From NCBI RefSeq assembly GCF_964355755.1, contig NC_092676.1:24508871-24572870 (forward strand): 64,000 nt of DNA, in the 5' to 3' direction. The DNA is from Antedon mediterranea. Lineage: Eukaryota; Animalia; Echinodermata. Below, in pieces: positions 51,901 to 64,000 of the stretch. Under the pieces are notes generated by a model. That model was not told the origin of the DNA. It worked only from the letters and a program-made list of their open reading frames with translations, and did not search any database. A program made the position numbers and the translations under genes. The number at the start of each line of letters is the position of its first letter. The first letter of the stretch is position 1.

Positions 51901-54417
51901 TAACCAAGCAGAATGTTAATTAATTGATAGGTCTAAAGCTCTGTCTACACTATCAAACTTTATGTGACAAAAAATGTGATGTGCCCATATGGATATATGA
52001 TGATGTCATATCACTACCATATTTGGGTATATCACTATCATATTTTGGCACATCACTAGTTTATTGGTGTAGACAGAGTTTAAGAATTTTATCTATTCCT
52101 TTTTGTCAATGCTATCAAAAATGGATTTATTTCTCATATTAGCTTACTTTTTAATAATTGTGTTGAAAAAGATAAAAAGAAAAGTTAGTTATAGTTATCA
52201 ATGTTTTTTGTAATAAGATATGTGATATTTTTAATAAGTTTTTATAATATTCTACATGAGCGTGAGTTTCCCCGATGTCAAATGTGACTGAAAATAATTT
52301 TTTTTTAAAGAAATTCAAACCTTGCGAACAATACTGTCCTCTGTCTGTGATGTTTTCTTTTGAGATGAACTATTTTTCTTGTTGCTGAGTGATGTTTCCA
52401 ATTGTCCAAATGGTTTTGGTAGGTAACCACATTGGGTGAAGAACTTAGCCCACTCCTGAATATAGGCTTTCAGTAAAGCTGAATCGTCTTGATCTTGTAA
52501 CACACGCTAGACAAACAACAGTATACTTAACATTATAAATGTATTCATGAATGTGGTTAGTGATCAAAGAATAAAGCTATGTCTACTCTATCAAAATAGT
52601 TTGACAAAATATGGTAGTGATATACCCAAATATGATAGTGATATGACATCATCATGTCCATATATGGGCACATCACCTTTTTTTGTCACATAAAGTGTGA
52701 TAGTGTAGACATTGCTTAAGATAACGAGATGATGCACTGAGATAATAATAAAATTGAATATATAGTGTAATATAATCAATATATTATTCTAAACCTCTGT
52801 CTACATTATCAAACTTTATGTGACAAAAAAATGTGATGTGCCCATAATTTGGACATATCAATAAAATATTTGGGCATATCACACATTTTTTTATGGATTA
52901 TAGATGACTAATGAATTTTCATGTTCATTTTGTGACGTTTCATAAGGGGTCCCCAGCTTATGCATAAAAAAAATCTCAGCCAGAACAACAGTTGTTTATG
53001 ATATGCCTACAATTTGTGACAGCAATGACGGTAGATAGAGCAGCAGAGTAGAAATAGGATATCATTATATACTATGCATACCTGTTTAGCTTGCTTAATA
53101 AAATCTATGATATCATGTTTAAGTTCTTCATGAACTTTTTCTGGTCCCTTATCATCCCATAAACAAACAGAATGCACATCCCTAAATTAAATAATAAAAT
53201 TAATTAATATCATTTAACAATAAATCTTCTGGTGGTGAACTGCTCAAAGTCAAATTAGGCTGGAAAAATATTTATATTATTTTTTTTAATTTGACTATAA
53301 TTTGGAGCCAGTTCCGATAACTGAAATGTGTTGGATAATCTTAAATCCTAGAGAAAATTAGTTACATAATTATAATAGCTGAAGGGAAAAGGGCCAACTA
53401 AACAAAAGTAAGGTGATCATCAAAAGTGATCTACAATAAAGAATTTACATAAAAAAAAATTAAAGGACTTAAACAATTTGAGATTGGCTCAATTTGATAT
53501 TTACTGGCTACTCTTTGTAACCTTCAACTTGTATTGTACTAAAGATTCTGTAAATAAAAAAAAACATTGTCTTTAAATAAACTATTGCATTTTAACAATC
53601 ACAACAAATGGCCATGAGTTTGTATATTGTGCAATTACCAAATACTTACTCACTGTATTAATTATATGCTCATTTTAATGCTCAATGCTAACTTAACTTG
53701 TTATTTGATACTAAATTAAGCACAAATAACTAAACAAAATGGGGAATGGAGTAAATTTGAAATTAAATTATTAGATACTGTAGCTGAAAGAGAAAGTTCA
53801 ACACATTTCATATGTGAAAGCATTAATATAAATTAATTAATTAAATATAAATTAATATAAATTAATTATTGTTTCTACTTATCTTACCAAAATAAATCTT
53901 GCCATTCAGTTCTTGGCACATTTTGTTGGCGCAACAATTTCAAGACAGTAGGTCTCATTGAATCCCACTTGTCTTCAAATGTGAGATGCGCCTTGTCCTA
54001 CAAATGGAGATATATTATATATATATATATAATTATTATTGTGGTTATTACTAATCTGTCAGTAGTCACTGCTGAGCGACTGGTAACGTACGACGCCAAG
54101 CGGGACCATAATGCCGAAGTCACTTACTCACTACATACCTGAGACAAACCTCACTCACACCCGGCCCCTCTGGGCCTGGACCTAGGCCTAGGCCTACACA
54201 CCAGCGAGACGCCTACCTAGCCTAGAGCCTACGTTATTAAATTACCGTATACGAATGTTCTGAAATCCTATTACAATGTAAAAAGTTACACAATTTAAGC
54301 ATAAATATTACGCACATATATATCACTAGTAGTTGAAGAAAAACAATTCATTATTAATATTTAAAAACATTTCGTAATGATATAAGGAACTTCCTTTACC
54401 TTCAACATCGTCGCCAT
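42922..54417 (-). CDS. CUL5: Cullin-5 (780 aa, 18 coding exons)
   Basis: Exons 54417-54400, 53997-53888, 53181-53082, 52506-52321, 51841-51700, 51402-51257, 51133-51053, 50665-50572, 50317-50187, 48628-48521, 48176-48112, 47735-47603, 46437-46182, 45730-45558, 45031-44870, 44334-44216, 43773-43650, 43116-42922 sum to 2343 nt. Motifs FEDKWDSMRP, KYVQNKDVFMRYHKAHLTRRLIL and the neddylation region EAIVKIMKMRK...KEQIEWLIEHKYM. Confidence 0.97.
43937..44195. mobile_element. Miniature palindrome of two Penelope-type pLTR arms with back-to-back hammerhead motifs
   Basis: 43977-44073 is the reverse complement of 44099-44195. Inner ends read CTC-CTGAAGA-T-GATCAA..TTGTTT-GAAA-TG-TC (minus) and CTGAGGA-C-AATCAA..TTGATC-AAAA-CG-TT (plus). 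Confidence 0.75.
45821..46186. repeat. ~183-bp tandem duplication including the CUL5 exon 13 donor site
   Basis: TTAATTGTGATGAGAA...AAACTAACCAGAC at 45821-46005 and 46006-46186. Confidence 0.9.
46629..46890 (+). mobile_element. tRNA-derived SINE
   Basis: A-box TGGCCTGGTGG, B-box GGATTCAAGTCC, and a body shared with 8605-8815. Confidence 0.8.
48908..49533. mobile_element. Second Kolobok-like TTAA element
   Basis: TTAA|AGCCCCATTCCCTAC...GCAGGGAAGGGGTCT|TTAA. The interior is CpG-richer than the surrounding intron. Confidence 0.7.
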
Positions 54418-54618
54418 CTTGATTGTTATTGACCAAATATTTTCTATCCTAAATCATTTCACTTATTCTATGTCTGCTTATAAAAAATAAACAAGGTAAT
54501 TTGTTTCTACTACTTTATAAAGTAAATTTTATTTTAATGAATAAAGGAATTCACTGAAATTTAAAATATTTTCTTAGATTTTTACTGAAATGAATTCGAT
54601 TGTAAATTTTAAGAAAAC
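54418..54618. promoter_or_regulatory. Compact bidirectional promoter region between CUL5 and VBP1
   Basis: Divergent ATGs at 54417 (-) and 54619 (+) with 201 bp between them. Both starts overlap YY1-like motifs (AAGATGGCG, AACATGGCC). Confidence 0.75.
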
Positions 54619-57374
54619 ATGGCCACCGACCAAGAAAGTTCAGTCATGCTTGGTCCACGACCAAATTCAGGAATTCCCCAAGCCGTTTTCGTAGTAAGTT
54701 TATATTTCTTGTTGCATATCAATTTATTCTGTAGTAGCTAAAAGATATATTAGTATCAATGGAGTTAATAGGCCTAGAAATGGAGCGTAGTGGGCATAAA
54801 CTAGCATCTAGGCTAGGCCTCACTCACTCAGGCTCAGTTCAGAGTAGTAGCCTAGATGGCCTAGATAGAGGCCTAGGCCTAGATAGATAGGCTATACTAG
54901 AGGGGTCTGCTGCACATACATTCTGTGTAGCTAGCTGGCATGTAGACTAGGGCCTATCGTCTCTATGTACGTAGGACTGGGAGGTAGTTATTTGTCGCCC
55001 TGTCTGCATCGATCATGGCCTCTTCGTCGGAACGTTTGGCTAGCTGGGTGGGGGTTCAGTTTATGAAACGAAATTGCTGACACTTTTTTTTGGTTGCTGT
55101 GTGAGTGTTGATGACTGTGAGACTGTGTTTTATTTAAAAAAAATGAAATACCAGACTTTGTCACTTATTGTGTGAGTACATTAATAATAATTAATAGATT
55201 TATTTAAAGGATTTTCTTTAATTTTGTTCTTGTCAGGAAGATGTAGATGATTTTATGTCTCAAACTGAGAATGAATCTGTTGACGAAGTACTGCGTCGAC
55301 TAGATGAACAACATCAGAAATACAAATTTCTAGAATTCAATCTTTTACAAAAGAAAAGAAGGTATAAATATGTTTTGTGAAGTTCCATGGTTTTAAAGTT
55401 TCCCAAAAGTAAATTAATAATATACTTTTCTGATTATTAATTCAGTGAAAGTTGTTAAAAATTACAATTTTCAATCTAAAGATCTGTCTACACATGACAA
55501 AAAAAATGTGATGTTCCCATATGGACATGACGATGTTATATCAGTACCATGTTTGGGTATATCACTACCATATTTGGGTACATCACACTTTTTTGTCATA
55601 TAAAGTTTAATAGTGTAGACAGAGCTTTACACTTGCTAACTGTAGTTTGAACCCTGACTCCCAGCTGTTGCGCAATATGCTTTCTGTTTCACTGAACACA
55701 ATTGTTTTTGTTACTCTCAGCAAATGTGAACACTTTGAAATTATCAATCCAAAAAAAATATTGTTGTCAGGCAAGGAAGTGTACCTTCCGCATTTTGCTA
55801 TTCCATGAATTTGACAAAATATTTTCATTGTTTTATTGCCGGACTGGAATTGTCACTCTTCCTTCACAATGGTTTAATTATGATTAATAAGTTGTTACTG
55901 ATTTTTATTTTTCCAAATCATTTCATAAAATATTAATGTAAATTTATTTTTGTTAAAGGTTAAAAACTCAGATGCCGGATATTAAAACAACTTTAGATAT
56001 TGTGAAATATATGCAGAAGAAAAAGGTACATTAAGAATTAAAAATTATAATAATTATGCAAGCAATCATTGGAATTGTGAAAATATATTTAAGTTATAGT
56101 TATTTCTAAGATATTTTTCAATATCAAACTCATCAAACAATTCATAATTAAATCAATAGTCTATTTAGTGCCTAGCTTACCAGGATAAACCAACAATAGC
56201 CCTTTCTCTTCGAAGAGCAAGATATAACTCGAAAAGTAGAAATAGTATTGTCCAAGTATTAATATATCTATTACAAAAGCAAACCACTGTGCAAGCTCTC
56301 TTGAAGACATGTTAATCTAGAAAAGAAATGATGATGGTGGTTTGTGAGGAGGCTCTGGTTATACCCTTTGTCGTACTGAATTCAACAATATTCATTACAT
56401 TATTTTTTCTATACTTTACTTTCTTTACTTAAGGATTCTAGTGATAGTTTGCCTGCTCAGTTCTTGTTGTCAGATCAAGTATACGCGAAGGCTACCATCC
56501 CACCAAGTGATAAAGTCTGTCTCTGGTTGGGGGTAAGTTAGTTTCCGTATGCCTGACTGGAGTTAAATAGTAAAATCCTGATTGTGCTTATCAGCTCCTG
56601 CAAATATTCTCTCCATTCAACTTATGAATATTCATTATTGGGATACATACTATTGAATTATGATTGTCTTATCAGTTCCTTGTTAAATAGAACAGTCAAT
56701 TTTTCAACTTATGCAAATATTCTCCGCATTCAACATATGAATATTCATTTTTCAGATACTATTGAATTATGATTGTCCTATCAGCTCCTTGTTTAAAACA
56801 ATTTTTCAACTCATGCAAATTTTCTCCCCATTCAAATTCACCTTATGAATATTCATTAATCGGATAATTTTGAATTATATTTAGGCAAATGTAATGTTGG
56901 AGTACTCTTTAGTAGATGCAGAAACTTTGCTAACTAAAAATCTAGACAATGCTCAAAAGACTTTGAAAGAAGCAGAACAAGATCTGGACTTTCTCAGAGA
57001 CCAGTACACTACCACTGAAGTCAGTATCCTTTTTATACAATTCACCAAATATACTACAATATGTGTTTAGGTTTGATTACCAAAGTATCAGCATTTGGTT
57101 AAATTGGTGCTGCTGTAGCTTTGTCTACACTATCAAAATTTATGTGACAAAAAAGTGTGATGTGCCCATATATGGACATGTTGATGTCATATCACTACCA
57201 TATTTGGAAATATCACTGTCATATTTGGGCACATCATAAATTTTGATAGTGTAGACAGAGCTTAACCTACAGCATTCTTTCAATAAACACTGCTTTTCTT
57301 AACGTCATTTTTCTTTAGATATTGCCAGAGTATATAACTGGAATGTGAAGAAGAACAAAAAACCAGACACATGA
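54619..57374 (+). CDS. VBP1: Prefoldin subunit 3 / VHL-binding protein 1 (~186 aa, 6 coding exons)
   Basis: Exons 54619-54693, 55237-55361, 55959-56025, 56434-56532, 56885-57023, 57319-57374. Motifs GIPQAVFVEDVDDFM, LDEQHQKYKFLE, DKVCLWLGANVMLEY and DFLRDQYTTTEVNIARVYNWNVK. Missed by the ORF track because the exons are short. Confidence 0.96.
56579..56880. repeat. Degenerate three-unit tandem repeat filling most of VBP1 intron 4
   Basis: TGATTGT..TATCAG.TCCT...TATGAATATTCATT...TTGAATTAT units start near 56579, 56661 and 56770. Confidence 0.75.
57024..57318 (+). other. U12-type (minor spliceosome) GT-AG intron in VBP1
   Basis: 5' splice site GTATCCTTTT, with branch-like TTTTCTTAAC ending ~15 nt upstream of the acceptor at 57318. 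Splicing here gives the conserved TTTEVNIARVYNW. Confidence 0.9.
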
Positions 57375-60002
57375 TTTTTAAATAGTTAAAACTATCTTAA
57401 GCCCGGTCTACACCATCAAACTTCATGTGACAAAAAAAATGTGATGTGCCCATAATGGACACGAAGATGTCATATCACTACCATATTTGGGCATATCACA
57501 CTTTTTTGTCACTAGTTTGATAGTGTAAACAGAGCTTTAAATTGCATAGTAGTAACTTTTAGTGTCTTTTAGAGTGTGTAATGTAACCATTTAATTTTGA
57601 TGGTGGTGGTGAAATCTTATTTTGAATTTCCTATTTGCTGTTAACGATGAAGAGTTGTGAAGAAAGGCTCCTATTGGTTTATTACTTAGGTACTGCTTAA
57701 GCAAAAACATAATTGTTCACACATTTATTAAAAATTAACCAATATTAACTTCGATGTAAACTCCACATATTAACCAATATACAATGCTGCAAACACTAAA
57801 CATAGAGTATGATTTTAAATCAAAATATGTTTTTTTTTTTTTTTTGGTGATCTGACTTGCATGAATAAATAATTGACCAAGCACATTTTACGACAATTAA
57901 TAGAGGTTGTTATTCTGGCCTGATATTTTTTCCAGATCGTTTCTCAATGAAGATTAAAAGTTATCTTTGCTAATATTAATTTTTTAATCTAATATATTCT
58001 CATTTGAGAAAATTCTTTATGGACTAATGGTATACATTAATTACACAATAGGTCCCTGTCAATTACGATACTTCCTTAAAGATGTATTGTCCCCCTGAAA
58101 AATAATTTAAAAACATTTTTTTTGTTGAATATGCCATTTTAATGTCGCATAATAGTTATTGACTTCGACCAAAAATTGGATCAAAACAAAATTGATTTAC
58201 CTAAAAAAACTGGAATTTAAAGCAAAAAATGGTCAAATTGGCTGCCAGCCAATGGATTTTTGGTTGAATTTAACCATTTATCATGTTATTTTATAAGTGA
58301 AAACATTATTTTTTTCCGTTTTTTTTTTCTACAGAAGTGATTCACTTTATTAAAACTACAAAATAACCTATTCAGAAGCTGATTTAATTAATCTTCATTT
58401 TTCATGTTTGGGGACAATACATCTTTAATGTAGGCCTACTGTAATTATAAAAGTTTCTTCATGATGTTCTTCTCCATAAAAAGTCTGTTCAATTAGCTGC
58501 TTTAAGCATATAGTTAATGTAAAAAAAACCAATAAAACATCATAATCTATTGTGAAGATGTCTGTAATGTGTATTATTGTGTAGTTTTATCAAGGACCTA
58601 TAAATTAGATTCTACCTCTAATTTATAGGTCCATGATTTTATTATGTAAGAATTTTAAATGCCAATTGTGATACTGTGGATAGATTGGAGAAACTTGCAT
58701 AAACGTCTGTGCATTGATTGTTAATATAGGTAATATAACGTATAACTTGTAACATTTATGGTGTTTGAATTCAACTTCAGATTTTTATTTTTGGGGTATA
58801 GCAAAAATTATACACTGTATACCCACCATTTTTTTTCACTTGCTAGGGAGTCACCAGACATATTATTAGGTTAAACTACCTAATTACTGAAAAAACAGTC
58901 TGTCTGAATTTTTCAAAATTTTGTATTTTAAGGGAAATTCATGTTTTTTTTTTGTCTGATGTATGTTGAACATATTTGATTTATGTACAATTAACCAAAT
59001 ATTATATTTAAAATTCATGCCTGTACCTGAGCTTTAAGTATGACAAGTCCATAACAAGCATTAAACACAATACTTATGTTGGTCATGCGGTAACGATATC
59101 ATGCACATAGCCGTAACTGCGCGTCACAGTCGTTGTGGTTGTTTTTAAAATTACCTAAATTTTCTCTTAAATAATTTCCGGTTTTTTAGTCGCGTGCAAA
59201 CACGACTCTACAGCTGCTCACTATGTCGGACGCGACTGCAGCCATGTATATAAAACACACACCGTGGTGCCCTAGTGTGAGCAATGTAATCTAATAACAC
59301 GATGCTGAGCTCCGGAGATCAAAGGGTTTATCTGTGGCTGCGACACGGTCAGTTCTACGCCACGCAGAATATGTACATAGCACCGAACTGTTGGTATTTG
59401 TCGCAGCCAGACATACAAACAAACGATCGTTACGAGTTTCTATATTGGCAAGGTGAGCTCAGTGTCCTGTTAGATTGCCTTGGTTTGTCATTACAATGTT
59501 CGAGAGAAATAGGTTACTGGATTGCGATCTCAAATAGAATCGCGTGCTTTATTAGCAAAAATATCTTAGTATTGAATTCCCTCCTCCAATGTGTTACAAC
59601 AATACAAAACCCTCGAACTTTGTAAATCAAAGTGCTGGTTCTTCATAGTAATAAACAATCGTCTAGTCTACAAACAACGTTTGATTATGAAAACAATGTC
59701 GTATTTAGAGTTTGTTTCTAAATTTATCACTATTTTCATACACAACACAACGTGGCAAAGATGTCTTTAAATAATTATCAAAATACTATTTATTCACTCC
59801 AAATAATATAATAATTATACATTAGAAATATGAGTTACACACATTTTCAGCATATTAATTCTTATTATATAACAATTGTTTTTAGTATTTGAATACAGAT
59901 AAGCTCTATTATTCCTTCTATGGCGTGCCGACGATGACCAGAGTTGGTTTAATAAAGAGACAATAACGGTAATAAAAAATATAAAATCTGTGTTTTTCCT
60001 AA

Positions 60003-60298
60003 AGCTTGGTTCCCACTAGCGATGCAACGTAACGCAACGCTACGACGCGTTGACGCAAACTGCTGTATTGCGTAATCAAAAGTGGGAACCGACGACGCAA
60101 CAGTGCTGCAAACATCGCAGGTTTGATTTGACGCAGGCGGGGGAAAACTCAAAAGTACGACGCGGGGTGAACCAGATCAAAGTCTACGGCATGCTAACAT
60201 TGACCCGTAATAAGCAGGTTTGATTTTACGCAGGCGGGTGCAAACACAATTATTGGAAGAGCATTTTCTTACGTTGCGTAACTAGTGGGAACCAAGCT
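60003..60298. mobile_element. MITE family B, long variant
   Basis: AGCTTGGTTCCCACTAG...CTAGTGGGAACCAAGCT, with an internal duplication of GCAGGTTTGATTT.ACGCAGGCGGG. Confidence 0.88.
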
Positions 60299-60360
60299 TT
60301 ATGACCATTATTTACAGTCACAACACGGAGCGGATGGGCGGTTTCCGCTCTGGATAGATT

Positions 60361-63300
60361 TCATTTTCATTTTTTTATTTGACCAACAAAACATAATATA
60401 CAATGTATAAAGATGAATTGGTCAGGGACTGCTAAAGTAATACGATTACTGTAACTACAAGAGTCAGCAGTCCCATGATCTTAACTAAAATAAATATATA
60501 ATTTTATAAACAAATAAAGTATAAAGCTGTGAGTAAACAGAAAAAAAAAGAACAGATATGATAAACAAAAAACTTTGAATAAAATATACAAAAAAAAAAA
60601 TAATTAAAGATAATTATCAAGAAGGAAAGAGTCAATAGATGATAAAAGATGAGGAAAAGATTCAGTAACAGCTAATTGGCGTAATGAGGAAGGTAACTGA
60701 GACCAAAGTTTTGGGAAGCGGGAGGAGAATTACGAAGGGCCAGTGTTCGAGAAAAGAGATGATTAAAAGTGAGGTCTTCAGTGTATGTCTAGGAGTGATA
60801 GTGAGATTCTGGATGACAGAAAAGAGCAGCCAGTAAAGCCATAAAGACATTTAAAAATAAATTGAAAAAGGATTTTGTTGCGACGGTTTTCAAGAGACAT
60901 GAGGTTAAAAGAATTTAACCTGGTAAGGTATGGTATCTCTCCTCTTTTACATTTTAGAACTCTTCTTGTAAAATTTCGTTGGATGCGCTCTATGCGGATT
61001 GACTGGGACTTGGTTTGAGGCAACCAAGCAGGAAGTCCATAGTCAAGAATGGGTAAAATTAAAGATTTAAAAAGAGACAGTAAAGCAGGTTTTGAAGCAT
61101 TATTAGCAATACTAAAAATAAGCCCAGACATTCTGTTTGCCTTAGAAACAACATTATTTATATGTTCATTCCAGGATAATTTGTTGTCAAGAGTAAGACC
61201 AAGATATTTGTGTGAGGAGACAGTGAGAAGAGGTTGACCATTATAGAAATAAGTGTGAGGCATATACATTTTCTTCCGAGTAACATGCATCACTTTTGTC
61301 TTCTTTGGGTTAAATGACATAGAATTTGCAGATGCCCATTTGTGAATGGAATGAAGATCAGATTGAAGAATTGTAGAGTCGGTATCTGAATGAATGGGTC
61401 TATAAATGAGAAGACCATCAGCAAAGAGGACAGAAGTAGAGTTCAGAGTGGAGTTGATGTCATTGACAAATAAGTTGAATAAAAGAGGACCTAAAACGCT
61501 GCCTTGTGGCACTCCAGATGTGACCAAACCTTTCAAGGAAACGTTACCGGCAAAACGAACACTTTGGGTTCTGTGGGTTAAAAAGGATGAACTCCAATGC
61601 CATAAGGGTCCGCAAGTGTTATATTGTTGAGCGAGTTTCTTAAGTAGGAGGTAATGAGGAAGTTTATCAAAGGCCTTTGACATGTACAAAAATACAGCAT
61701 CGATGATGGGAGGTTGTGGCTTGTCAAGAATTGAGGACCAGCTATGAGAAATATTAGTTAGAAGAGTAGCACAAAATTTACCTTTTACAAAACCATGCTG
61801 GCCTGGGTACAATAGTAAAAACCACCCGATTCTGCTACTGTCAATAGGTATGTATCTGTATAACTATCAGCAAGTGTATGCTGTCTGCATAAATGCTGTA
61901 CTTTTAACATACATAAATTATAGAGTATTAACTCTGTAAAAACTCTGATAAATGTGAGGAGATGGTCTTTTTTACAATTTTCTCAAGACACTTGCAGATG
62001 ATTGAAGTAAGGGCAACTGGGCGATAGTTTCACAAAGTGGATGTATCACCAGATTAAAAAATTGGAACAACTTCTGCATGTTTCCACTGGAGGGGAAGAC
62101 TTCCAGAGTTAAGAGATTGTGAGAAAATAGTATACAGGGGATAAGAAATAGGCAAAGAAATAGCCTGAAGAAGCCAAGGTGAAAAGTTTTCAGGACCAGG
62201 TGAAGCAAACGATGAGAATGTAGAGAGGGCATCAGCAACATATTTAGGAGTAAAGTCAATGTTATCCAATGGAGGAAAGGATGGAGATTGGATATTGCAA
62301 GCAGGAGGTGTAGACGGAAGGAGATTAGGAGGTAAAAAGGAATTAAAAACAGAGCAAAAGTAAGAATTAAAAGCATTGGCAATATCATATGGAATTTCTA
62401 AAGATCTGATTATTAACATTAAATTTTTGCGAGGTAACACAGGTCGATTTTTTATATTTAACAAATGTCCAAAAACGTTTACGATTATTGTCTGAGCAAA
62501 ACAAATTGTCCACATAAGTTCCATAACTCTTCCGTACAAGACATTTTACACGGTTTCTCAATTTCTTATATATTTCCCAGTCTGAAATGCATTTAGTTAA
62601 CTTAGCTTTCTTGAAAAGTATTCTTTTCTTTTGAATCAGTTTTTTAATATCTTGTGTAATCCAAGGGTCTGTATGTTTGCGTGCTTTTCTAACTGTCTCT
62701 AACAGCAGCATCGAGCAAGTCCATGAATCCTTCTAGAGACTTATTAACGTCTGTACTGTCTAAGAATGCACACCAGGGAGCCAGATGAATCAAATTATTT
62801 AAATGACCAAAATCAGCTTTAGAGCGTTGCAAGAAGCTTTGTGTCGTCGACTTTGGTTGAACAGATTTGAAAAACGATTGCATAGTGATCAATATCGACT
62901 GGATTATCCGAGATTTTAGTTGATATCTTTTCTGGCGAGCATGTAAATAATAAGTCAATAATAGTTCCATATTGATGATCATTTGAAGGTCGTGTAACTG
63001 TATCAATCAGTTGGGTAAAGTCCATAGGTTCAGTGATGTCAGATAGTGCAGTGAAGTCGGGGTGAGATGTATCGCACCAGTTGACATTAAAATCTCCAGT
63101 TAACAGAATGCAATCAAATTTATAGAACTCCTGTTGCAAATCAGAAATAGAAGTATGGAAGTGATTCCAAAAATCTTTCTTAGCATTTGGAGGCCTATAT
63201 AATGTACCAATCAATACATTTAGATGTCCTACTTTTCAAGAAATCCAAATAAGTTCAAGATTGTCGTCAACATGGTAAAGTTTTGATGAAAAATCTGTTC

Positions 63301-64000
63301 TGATAGTCATGAACACTCCTCCACCACGCAAGTTACGATCTTTTCTATAGATATTGTAATCATTTAGGTTGAGAATTGAAGATGGAAGGCTAATGTCCAG
63401 CCATGTCTCTGTTACGCAGATAATATCACATGGATTTATTGTTAAATAAGCAGCCAAGTCAAGACTTTCGTGTCTTATACTCCTAGCATTAAAGCTAATA
63501 CAGTTCAGTGATTTGTTTCTCCTAAATGTTGGCAATTGAGTAAGGCTACAGTCATGTACTTGAATAGTTTCAGGATCGTGTTCATCATTGGCAGTTAAAT
63601 CAAACATAGGTAAAGCAGAGAGTAGACACCGTGGGCAAATAAATGTGTTTAAGTTATTTACCTGAAGCTGTGACCTAAATGCAATTGCATTAAGTTTTCC
63701 GCATTTCATGTGACATTTCAAGTTGCATTGAACACAATCTAAAGCTCTATGGGTTGATGTCACAGCACGTTGACAAACAGAACATGGAGTTTTCACTGGA
63801 CCAGGATTCAATTCAATATCACCAGATAAGGCAATAATATTAAAAGTACAAGTTGAGTTATTGTGATAAGCGATTGGAAATCCAAAATAATGATTGATTC
63901 TTTTAGTCTTGAGAAGTAACACCTTGTTCAAGTGAACTCTTTTTACAGGATTGAAGTAGGATGCATTTTCACCGTTTTCAATGTCCGTATTAGTGAGTAA
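60361..64000 (-). mobile_element. Degenerate CR1/L2-group LINE (ORF2: 2A-like peptide, PHD finger, APE endonuclease, RT); the 5' part probably continues beyond the window
   Basis: SGDIELNPGP; CSVC..CVQC..HMKC..CPRC; endonuclease NARS, DIICVTETWL, RKDR..GGGV, GDFN; RT QHGF, KAFD, GVPQGSVLGPLLF, FADG (YADD mutated), HKYLG. Several frameshifts. 3' UTR hairpin GGGACTGCT..AGCAGTCCC (60425-60474) and an AATAAA plus (ATGAAA)-like tail. Confidence 0.95.

Noticed and set aside
60778-61812. Active reverse transcriptase
   Set aside because: The catalytic motif reads FADG, and the ORF is broken by frameshifts and an insertion.

Overview
AT-rich, intron-containing animal genomic DNA, probably from an invertebrate deuterostome such as an echinoderm (inferred from protein similarity and a Deu/Nin-type SINE; species not determined). 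I reconstructed six complete spliced genes by hand with consistent exon phases: PRDM13 (+), RSPH3 (-), RCAN/calcipressin (+), WTAP (-), CUL5 (-, 780 aa) and VBP1/PFDN3 (+, with a U12-type last intron, head-to-head with CUL5). A possible orphan first exon lies at the left edge. The rest is dense in transposons: about 18 copies of one Harbinger-like MITE, several other MITE and Kolobok-like families, tRNA-derived SINEs, Helentron-like HINEs, and a degenerate CR1/L2-group LINE with a 2A-like peptide at the right edge. The standout is a 5.4-kb palindromic composite at 26179-31594. Its ~1.5-kb inverted arms have TAG..CTA ends and a TAA target duplication, and mirror a periodic motif array, a LINE fragment and a Penelope pseudo-LTR. 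The mirror symmetry stops right at two outward-facing minimal hammerhead ribozyme motifs, which enclose an RT-deleted, GIY-YIG-retaining Penelope-like ORF. A miniature back-to-back hammerhead palindrome of a different family sits in a CUL5 intron. All alignments and identities were judged by eye.
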